DNA of 64,000 bases from Bacteroidota bacterium (lineage in GTDB: Bacteria > Bacteroidota > Bacteroidia > Chitinophagales > JADIYW01). Shown here one piece after another: positions 56,576-64,000 of the stretch. The DNA lies in assembly GCA_028288625.1 (NCBI GenBank), contig JAQBNI010000089.1:9149-73148 (forward strand), given 5' to 3'. The position numbers and the translations under genes were made by a program. Under the pieces are notes generated by a model that saw nothing but the letters and a program-made list of their open reading frames with translations, made no database searches and was not told the DNA's origin. The first letter of the stretch is position 1. The number at the start of each line of letters is the position of its first letter.

Positions 56576-58228
56576 TTATTTCAGCAGTTCCTTACTTACA
56601 AGGTAATAATAATTGGAATCGGGCTGCATTTTCACAAAGCCATACGAATTGTAATCTGTTATAAAATGCTGCCATTGCGGGTCATTTTTATAACCCCGGG
56701 AATTAAGAATATCATCATCTACGCCGATAAAATTGAAATGATGTTCTTTTAAATAATCATTAAACGGCGTTTCCTTCACTACGTTGTTAAAGCCAATTGA
56801 TTTTAAAACATAGTGTGTGTTTTCAGCCGGGTATTTTGTAAAAATGATCAGGTCACAATTCAGTGAATTTATTTTTTTGCCGTTCAGCGGCAGTGCATTT
56901 ATTTTCTCCGCGATTTTCACATTTATCCTGTCCTTGAAAGCCGCAGCAAGTAATTTATTTTGTGAAGGAAATGGCGTCAGTAATATAACGATGAAGGAAA
57001 TATATAAGGCAAATATTAATTTTGAAGGATGGATAATTTCATCGTTTTTAGAAACTGTAACAACACTTGCACAAAGTGCGATAAGTACAGTAAATACCGG
57101 CAGTTCTAATGATATATAATGATATCTCGTAGTGATGATCATGATGGAGATCATATTTGGAATGATCAGAATCAGACAAATAAATAAAGGGAAACTAAAC
57201 CTTTTTATTTTTTCTTTCATAGACGAAATACGAAAATTCAATCTGTAATTTTTAAAATAAAAAAGGACTGAACCTGCAATCAGTAAAACGAATAAAATCG
57301 CTGAAAAAACAGACTGCGTTAAAAACTGCCACGGAATAAATACTTGTGTAATATGATGCAAAAATATCCAGCTGTAATTCCTGAGATTTGAAAACACATG
57401 CATAAAAAATAATTCCGGGTTGGCAATCATCGCCTGCATGGGCGATGTAACATTTCCGAATGCTTCGCGGACAAGATAAAACCAGCTCGTCCATGGATTG
57501 TCAGGAAGATGATGCCATTTTACATAATTCAGCGCGAAGGAAGAACCGAAAGCTAAAAACTCTTTGCCGCTTTGATTTTTAAAAGGAAAGCCAACAAACA
57601 GCGATATCATTATTAAGGCAACAACAAGAATCACAAACGCTACCGGATTTTGGAGCTTGCGTCCTTTGTAAAAATTATACGCGTAGTTAATGAGTATGTA
57701 AATAAAGAAAAGAAAAAATCCAATCTTATATTCGGCGCGGATGTAATAGGCAATAAAAAGGAAAAAAGCGATAAAGATATTCCGCAATTCAACATTGCGG
57801 ATCCTTGCAGAAAGTGCTAAAATTAAAAGCTGCAGCAGGTTCATCAAAATAACAACCTTTGGCGCCATCGATAAATTAAACTGGCAGATCAACATCAGAA
57901 AAGAAAGATAAAATGAAAGCGCCGGGTTGATGCGGAGTTTCCTTAAACACAGGAACGTCGTCAGTGTGAAAAGAATAGTCAGCACTGAAAAATTCAGGAA
58001 CATTAAATCAATATTGTTCTTCGTAAAAAAGCTCAGGAAATAATACCAGAGGGCATAGATGGGCGCGTATTCAATATCCATTTTATGCGTTACGCCCTCC
58101 CAGAGATAAGCATGCTCATCTACCAGCGAAATGTCGAGGTAAGAATACAGGTGGTAAGTAAATTTATAACAGCAAATTAAAAGCGTAATGAAGTAGATGT
58201 AATCAGCCTTCTCTTTTATCCATTTCAT
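56576..58228 (-). CDS. Large polytopic membrane protein with a soluble C-terminal domain (GT-C-like candidate)
   Basis: 550 aa, with about 12 TM helices followed by a ~130-aa hydrophilic tail. The architecture resembles the protein at 1074-2702. Confidence 0.55.
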   Translation of the reverse strand: MKWIKEKADYIYFITLLICCYKFTYHLYSYLDISLVDEHAYLWEGVTHKMDIEYAPIYALWYYFLSFFTKNNIDLMFLNFSVLTILFTLTTFLCLRKLRINPALSFYLSFLMLICQFNLSMAPKVVILMNLLQLLILALSARIRNVELRNIFIAFFLFIAYYIRAEYKIGFFLFFIYILINYAYNFYKGRKLQNPVAFVILVVALIMISLFVGFPFKNQSGKEFLAFGSSFALNYVKWHHLPDNPWTSWFYLVREAFGNVTSPMQAMIANPELFFMHVFSNLRNYSWIFLHHITQVFIPWQFLTQSVFSAILFVLLIAGSVLFYFKNYRLNFRISSMKEKIKRFSFPLFICLILIIPNMISIMIITTRYHYISLELPVFTVLIALCASVVTVSKNDEIIHPSKLIFALYISFIVILLTPFPSQNKLLAAAFKDRINVKIAEKINALPLNGKKINSLNCDLIIFTKYPAENTHYVLKSIGFNNVVKETPFNDYLKEHHFNFIGVDDDILNSRGYKNDPQWQHFITDYNSYGFVKMQPDSNYYYLVSKELLK

Positions 58229-58232
58229 ATGA

Positions 58233-59510
58233 TCATTTTATCATTAGCAGGCTAAAATCTTTCTTGCCTTTTTTGACAATAATATATTTTCCGTTGATGA
58301 GATGCTCTGCATTTATAATGCCGTTTACGTCTGCATATTTTTCCATGTTGATCGCGATCCCGTTTGACTGCAGCATTTTCCGCGCTTCGCTTTTCGACGG
58401 GAGTACCTGTGTTTCCTGGGTGAGCAGGTCAACAATATTTATCCCGGCGGAAAATTTATCTTTGGTGATCTCGTAAGCAGGAACGCCTTCAAATATATCA
58501 TGGATCTGCGCATCCTGCAGTTGTTCGAGATTTTCTTTTGTCGCTTTTCCGAATAATATTTCAGAGGATTTTACCGCATGCCCATAATCCGCTTCGCTGT
58601 GAACGCGCGTAGTAATTTCTTCCGCTAATGCTTTTTGCAGGATGCGCAAATGAGGAGCTTCATGATGTTGCGATTCCAGCGATTCAATTTCTTCCCTTCC
58701 CTTCATTGAAAAAACACGGATCCAGCTTTTCACATCTTCATCGCTTGCATTGAGCCAGAACTGGTAAAATTTATATGGCGACGTTTTTTTCGCATCGAGC
58801 CAGATATTACCGCTTTCCGTTTTTCCGAATTTTGTTCCGTCGCTTTTCTTTATCAATTGCGTGGTGATCGCAAAAGCTTCACCTGCATCCTTTCTCCGGA
58901 TCAGTTCCGTTCCTGTAACAATATTTCCCCACTGATCGCTTCCGCCAAGCTGCAGTTTAACGCCGTGATCTTTCCATAAATAATAAAAATCATATCCCTG
59001 AACTAACTGGTAGCTAAATTCTGTAAACGACATTCCCTTTTCCAACCTGTTTTGCACAGAATCTTTCCCCAACATATAATTTATGGTGATATATTTCCCC
59101 ACATCACGGATGAAATCGAGAAAAGTAAACTTTTTGAACCAATCGTAATTATTAACGATCTCCGCAGAATTTTTGCCGCAGTTAAAATCCAGGAATTTTT
59201 CGAGCTGAGCTTTCTGACCTTCAAGGTTGTGCTGTAATTGGTCTTCCGTCAGCAAATTCCTTTCTTCGCTTTTGCCGCTCGGATCGCCTACCATACCGGT
59301 AGCTCCGCCCACCAGGGCAATGGGCTTATGCCCGCACTTTTGGAAATGCAGCAACGTCATTACCTGGACCATGTTGCCGATCCCGAGCGAATCAGAGGTG
59401 GGATCAAAGCCGATATATCCTTTTACCATCTCCTTTTTCAGCAGTTCTCCTGTTCCGGGCATCATATCATGCAGCATCCCGCGCCATTTTAATTCTTCAA
59501 CAAAATCCAT
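58233..59510 (-). CDS. tyrS: Tyrosine-tRNA ligase
   Basis: Start at the ATG at 59510 (MDFVEELKWRG). HIGH-like region (DPTSDSLGIGN), KMSKS-like KFGKT, and a C-terminal S4 domain. Confidence 0.95.
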   Translation of the reverse strand: MDFVEELKWRGMLHDMMPGTGELLKKEMVKGYIGFDPTSDSLGIGNMVQVMTLLHFQKCGHKPIALVGGATGMVGDPSGKSEERNLLTEDQLQHNLEGQKAQLEKFLDFNCGKNSAEIVNNYDWFKKFTFLDFIRDVGKYITINYMLGKDSVQNRLEKGMSFTEFSYQLVQGYDFYYLWKDHGVKLQLGGSDQWGNIVTGTELIRRKDAGEAFAITTQLIKKSDGTKFGKTESGNIWLDAKKTSPYKFYQFWLNASDEDVKSWIRVFSMKGREEIESLESQHHEAPHLRILQKALAEEITTRVHSEADYGHAVKSSEILFGKATKENLEQLQDAQIHDIFEGVPAYEITKDKFSAGINIVDLLTQETQVLPSKSEARKMLQSNGIAINMEKYADVNGIINAEHLINGKYIIVKKGKKDFSLLMIK

Positions 59511-59713
59511 CTTTACAATAACGTTTCGGCAAAAATACAAATTGGCAAATGCTTAATGAGTAATGAGAACAACAATTTTTAGGAATATTATAAAAACGGA
59601 ACTTGTGCAACCTAAAATCTATAAATATTATCTGAATATTAAGGAATTTTGGGTAATTTTACAATTGCCTGACCAGTAGGCACAATACTATTTTTAATGA
59701 ATCGTTTACCAGT

Positions 59714-60910
59714 ATGATGAGTTTACACAGAACTAAGCTACTTATTTTTACTTTTTTTACTTTTTTTGCTGCTAAGACCTTCGCGGGACCGCCAAAATAC
59801 AGTAACGATTTCATGTATATTGGGATTGGCGCGCACAATTTTGGAATGGGAAATGCCGTGGTAGCCTCCACGAATGACATTACGGCAGGTTACTGGAATC
59901 CGGCAGGATTGGTCAGGATCCCTTCGAATATACAATTCAGCTTCATGCACAACGAGTATTTTGCCAGTATTGCAAAGTACGATTACGCAGGTATTGCCTT
60001 TCCGCTGGATAGCAACAAGCACGCTTTTGCCATTAATTTTCTGCGTTTTGGGGTTGATGATATTCCAAATACACTAGAACTCATCGATCCGGACGGAACG
60101 GTAAACTACGATAATGTAAAAAGCTTTTCCGTAGGTAACTATGGTATATTGTTATCCTATGCGAGAACGATCATCCCGAATTTATCTATTGGCGCAACGG
60201 CAAAGATCGTGCATAATAAAGCCGGTGGTTTTGCAAAATCATGGGGATTTGGTGTGGATGTCGGTGCGATGTATTCCATTAAGAACTGGAAAATTGGATT
60301 GACCGTAAAAGACATTACCACTACGTTTAATGCATGGTCGTACAGCTTTTCTGATAAAGAGAAACAAATCCTGATCGGAACCGGAAATGAAATTCCAAAA
60401 AGCTCTACGGAGATCACATTGCCGAGAATACAATTTGGCGCAGCATACAACAGAACCTTTTTAGGTAAGATAGAACTCACGGCAGAATTAGATTTTGAAA
60501 TGACCACGGACGGGCAAAGAAATACTTTGATCTCCACAAAAAAAGTAAGCATGGATCCGCGTATTGGTGTTGAACTGGGCTTGTGGCATATATTCTATGT
60601 GCGCGGCGGAGTTAATAACTTTCAAAAAATGCTGAACGCAGCAGGCAAAAAAGTATTCACCGTTCAGCCGAATATCGGCGTTGGCTTGCGCTTCAGGAAT
60701 ATCGTTTTTGTTGATTATGCTTACACTGATGTTGGAAAAACTTCGGAAAATCAATATTCACATGTAGTATCTTTAAAAATAGGCATCAATAAACGCAAGC
60801 ATAAAGAAAACGCAGAACTGATCAATGCGCCGCAAGGAACTCCGGAGCCGGAGAAAATTATTACCCCTGTTGAACAACCGCAAACCCCGGAACAAAATCA
60901 ACCAAAATGA
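59714..60910 (+). CDS. PorV/PorQ-family T9SS outer membrane barrel, likely PorV
   Basis: Signal peptide, the motif GIGAHNFGMGNAVVASTNDITAGYWNPAGL, and a barrel. It lies immediately upstream of, and overlaps (ATGA), the PorU-like gene. Confidence 0.7.
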   Translation: MMSLHRTKLLIFTFFTFFAAKTFAGPPKYSNDFMYIGIGAHNFGMGNAVVASTNDITAGYWNPAGLVRIPSNIQFSFMHNEYFASIAKYDYAGIAFPLDSNKHAFAINFLRFGVDDIPNTLELIDPDGTVNYDNVKSFSVGNYGILLSYARTIIPNLSIGATAKIVHNKAGGFAKSWGFGVDVGAMYSIKNWKIGLTVKDITTTFNAWSYSFSDKEKQILIGTGNEIPKSSTEITLPRIQFGAAYNRTFLGKIELTAELDFEMTTDGQRNTLISTKKVSMDPRIGVELGLWHIFYVRGGVNNFQKMLNAAGKKVFTVQPNIGVGLRFRNIVFVDYAYTDVGKTSENQYSHVVSLKIGINKRKHKENAELINAPQGTPEPEKIITPVEQPQTPEQNQPK

Positions 60911-63900
60911 TAAAAAAGATATTACATATATTTCTTTTGATTTGCTTATTTACGACAGCAAAAGCCCAGCCTTATGGTAACGAATGGATAGCCGTCGGTC
61001 AACCGTATTATAAATTCAAGATTGCTAAAACAAGCTTATACAGAATCACCTATACCACATTGTCTTCAATAGGAATTTCTGTTTCCCAGTTAAGAGGAAC
61101 AAGTTTTAAACTCTTCAGGAACGGACAGGAAGTACCCTTATATGTAAGTACGAACGGGCAATTCGGAGCAACTGATTTTATTGAATTTTATGGAGAAAAG
61201 AACGACGGGAAGCCCGATTCCGTTCTCTATAGAAACCCTGCCGATCAGCCGACGTTGCACAGAAGCATGTATAACGACACGGCTGCTTTTTTCCTTACCC
61301 TGGCTCCTTTTGATATTAATTCGAGAATGATCGAGCAGGTGAATGACATAACGAATACACCACCTCCGGAAAATTTCTGTTATTACACGATCAGCACTTA
61401 TGGAAACAGTTTATCCAGGGGCGTTCCGGTATCCCAGGGTTTCAACCAGCTATATAATTCCGATTTTGATATGGGGGAAGGTTATCAATACGGAAATCTT
61501 GCGGGTCTTACCAATATACTCCCCCCTATAGTTTTTCCTTATTCGCAAACCCCTGAAAATATTTATCACAGTTTCGGGCTTACACAAATGTATGGCATAC
61601 ACCAGATCAGGATAACTGCACCGGGGTTTGATACGACAGAAACAACTATTGGTCCTATTGTAAAACAGTTTAATCACGTGATAAGAATGCAAAATCCCAC
61701 CATTGTTGGAATTGCCGAACAATATCCCGGCGCAATAAACTATTTAAATTACATTTCACTGGAATATCCGCGATTATTAAACTTCGACAACCAGTCAAAA
61801 CTTGGTTTTGGTTTTCATAAAACAAATGAAATTTATTACGAAATAAAAAATTTCAATATCGCCGGCACCTTGCCTGTTTTATACGATCTCAAAAATAAGC
61901 AGCGATATACGGCAGTGGTAGACTCCGTCGTAAAATTCCATATGAATGCCACTGTATTGGAGAAGGATAAATTATACATTTCCTCTCAATCAGTTGCCGA
62001 TATTCCTTTTGTAACTGCTTTCACTACAGTAAATTTTACAAACTTTTTAAATAGTTCTTCACAGGGAAATTACCTGATCATCTCCAATAAAAAATTAAAA
62101 AACAGCTTTAGTGGCATTGATTATTTAGAGCAATACAAGCAATACAGGACGTCAACGGCAGGCGGATCATACAATGCAAAAATTTATTTTATTGATGAAC
62201 TCAATGACCAGTTTGGCTATGGCATTCCCGGGCATCCGCTGGCGATCAGGAATTTTGTAAATTTTGCTTTGGACAAATTCGCCCAAAAACCACAGTTGGT
62301 TTACATCATCGCAAAAGGATTTGAATACAATGTAATATTTACAAATCCGGGACTGGCGGATCGTAATTATGTTCAGACTTTTGGCGAACCTGCTTCTGAT
62401 AATCTCTTAACTGCAAGATCAGGTGCGCTGAATTACCCGCAGCTGGGAATCGGAAGACTCGCAGCTACGCGAGGAGACGATATTCGCATTTATCTCGATA
62501 AGGTAAAAGAATATGAAGGTATACTTAATGATACCTTCAATATTTCTGAAACACCTTTCAATAAGATATGGATGAAAAATGTTTTGCATTTAGGCGGTGG
62601 AGATAATAATTTTGAACAACAGCTTTTCCGCGGTTATCTGGATGGATATAAAAATACTATTGAAGCGCCGTATTACGGAGCGATAGTAGCAGGGTTGTTT
62701 AAGAATAGTACAGATCCGATACAAATTGCGCAGAATATTTTTATTGATTCATTAGTAAATACAGGCGTTTCACTGATCACTTTTTTTGGTCACTCTTCAA
62801 CATCAACACTTGATTTTAATCTCGATCCGGCTCACTTTGATAATAAAGGTAAATATCATTTGATGCTTTCCAATGGATGTTTTGTGGGAAGTATCTTTGT
62901 TGACTTTACATCACTGAGCGAGCAATTTGTCTTAACGCCAAACAAAGCGGCAATCGGTTACCTCGCCCCGGTTACTTTTGGCGTTCCTGCAGGTTTGAAT
63001 GCATACACTTCCGAATTTTATAAACGATTCGGGAGAACGATGTATAATGATAAGATTGGAAACATCCTGAAAGAAACATGTAAGGAAGTAATATTGAACA
63101 CCACCGAACCTATCAGTCACATGACAGGTGAACAGATGATTTTTCACGGCGATCCCGCACTGCGGATCAATTCACATTACAGACCTGATTATTATATTGA
63201 TGCCACCAGTATACAATTCGAGCCGCAAAATATTAATGCGTCTGCAGATTCTTTCCTGATAAAAGTGATCGTTAAAAATTTAGGAAAGGCAATCGATGAT
63301 AATTATATCGTAAATATCGACCGGATATTTCCAAACGGACAAATACAGGTAACCAAGGTAACCGTTCCAAGTGCAAGAAATATTGATACGGTTTTACTAT
63401 GGGTAAGATCTGACAGGATCAACGGTCCGGGTTTAAATACTTTTAAAATAAAAGTGGAGTATGCAGATGCCATCCCGGAATATTCTGAGCTGAACAATGA
63501 AGTAACGGTGACAAAACTTATTCTTGCAGATGATATCATCCCGATCTATCCTTATGAATTTTGCATTGTAAACGATCCGGGTTTTGAATTGGTATTTTCC
63601 ACTGCAAGTGCGTTTGCCGGCACTAAGCCATATATCTTCCAGATCGATACGACAGAAGCGTTCAACAGCCCGCTTTTAACACAGGTAAAATTATCACAGC
63701 CCGGCGCAACCATACACTGGAGACCATCTATTCCACTGATCCAAAATAAAGTTTATTACTGGAGAGGCACAGTTGACAGCAGTTCAGGAAGTCCGGCAAA
63801 CTGGAAATACAGTTCCTTCCTTTATAATACTACACTATCCACAGGCTGGAATCAATCGCATTATTTCCAGTATTTAAAGAATTCATTCAGTACTTTAAGC

Positions 63901-64000
63901 CTGAAGAACGACCGGATGTTTTATTATCCGAATACAACGCGTTCCATACAGGTCAGGGATGGCGGTACATTTGATGACAATATCTATGCTTTCTGGGACG
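60907..64000 (+). CDS. Peptidase C25 (gingipain-like) T9SS sortase PorU candidate; the 3' end lies outside the window
   Basis: This ORF is absent from the track because no stop occurs before the window end. I translated by hand from the ATG at 60907 to about 62900 and found no stop. It has a signal peptide (MIKKILHIFLLICLFTTAKAQ), YGNEWI...YYKFKI..LYRITY, FIEFYGEKNDG, and catalytic-type FFGHSS and SNGCFVG. Confidence 0.7.
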   Translation, partial: MIKKILHIFLLICLFTTAKAQPYGNEWIAVGQPYYKFKIAKTSLYRITYTTLSSIGISVSQLRGTSFKLFRNGQEVPLYVSTNGQFGATDFIEFYGEKNDGKPDSVLYRNPADQPTLHRSMYNDTAAFFLTLAPFDINSRMIEQVNDITNTPPPENFCYYTISTYGNSLSRGVPVSQGFNQLYNSDFDMGEGYQYGNLAGLTNILPPIVFPYSQTPENIYHSFGLTQMYGIHQIRITAPGFDTTETTIGPIVKQFNHVIRMQNPTIVGIAEQYPGAINYLNYISLEYPRLLNFDNQSKLGFGFHKTNEIYYEIKNFNIAGTLPVLYDLKNKQRYTAVVDSVVKFHMNATVLEKDKLYISSQSVADIPFVTAFTTVNFTNFLNSSSQGNYLIISNKKLKNSFSGIDYLEQYKQYRTSTAGGSYNAKIYFIDELNDQFGYGIPGHPLAIRNFVNFALDKFAQKPQLVYIIAKGFEYNVIFTNPGLADRNYVQTFGEPASDNLLTARSGALNYPQLGIGRLAATRGDDIRIYLDKVKEYEGILNDTFNISETPFNKIWMKNVLHLGGGDNNFEQQLFRGYLDGYKNTIEAPYYGAIVAGLFKNSTDPIQIAQNIFIDSLVNTGVSLITFFGHSSTSTLDFNLDPAHFDNKGKYHLMLSNGCFVGSIFVDFTSLSEQFVLTPNKAAIGYLAPVTFGVPAGLNAYTSEFYKRFGRTMYNDKIGNILKETCKEVILNTTEPISHMTGEQMIFHGDPALRINSHYRPDYYIDATSIQFEPQNINASADSFLIKVIVKNLGKAIDDNYIVNIDRIFPNGQIQVTKVTVPSARNIDTVLLWVRSDRINGPGLNTFKIKVEYADAIPEYSELNNEVTVTKLILADDIIPIYPYEFCIVNDPGFELVFSTASAFAGTKPYIFQIDTTEAFNSPLLTQVKLSQPGATIHWRPSIPLIQNKVYYWRGTVDSSSGSPANWKYSSFLYNTTLSTGWNQSHYFQYLKNSFSTLSLKNDRMFYYPNTTRSIQVRDGGTFDDNIYAFWD

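Noticed and set aside
61450-63539. Short minus-strand ORFs 61450-61722, 62932-63147 and 63303-63539
   Set aside because: They lie antisense within the long open plus-strand frame encoding the PorU-like C25 protein.
1-64000. Search for prophage, transposon, integron, toxin-antitoxin or known defence-system genes
   Set aside because: No integrase, transposase, recombinase, phage structural, restriction-modification, nuclease/helicase or Cas-like ORFs were recognised. The window reads as core chromosome, so I did not force a mobile-element or defence call.

Overview
This is a Bacteroidota chromosomal segment, probably Chitinophagia or Sphingobacteriia-like, AT-rich and densely coding. I found no rRNA, tRNA, CRISPR array, transposase, integrase or recognisable defence genes. 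It is mostly housekeeping (uvrC, ligA, proS, tyrS, hemW, methylmalonyl-CoA mutase, UbiD-family decarboxylase), with an unusually rich set of type IX secretion (T9SS)/gliding genes. These are porP/sprF-gldK-gldL-gldM-gldN (5976-11919, minus strand), gldH (38013-38468), a PorV-like barrel followed by a PorU-like C25 sortase (59714 to the window end), and two metallophosphoesterase cargo proteins with T9SS C-terminal sorting domains. The best candidate for something undescribed is a compact cluster at about 28.8-31.7 kb. It holds three paralogous small lipoprotein-type peptides with a conserved four-cysteine core, a eukaryote-like PAPS sulfotransferase that appears co-transcribed with one of them, and a MauE/DoxX membrane domain fused to a CxxC thioredoxin fold. 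An array of TTACAT/ATGTAA half-sites lies upstream. I cannot show from sequence alone that this is a functional system. The second theme is small dispersed repeats. A heptamer family (GTCCACR)n forms inverted arrays that fill two intergenic gaps and occurs once in-frame inside the UbiD-family gene. A roughly 40-nt CCCCCT..CTTGATAAGGGG element occurs once intergenically and once in-frame inside a FAD-dependent protein gene. A 260-bp stack of GC-rich palindromic units lies between exbD and an esterase gene. Also notable are lysine/alanine/proline-rich N-terminal tails on three unrelated proteins, one of which also ends in a poly-Asp tail, and an Asn/Tyr/Gly-rich secreted protein next to a FadL/PorV-like barrel. 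All functional calls rest on motif recognition by eye; no database search was run.
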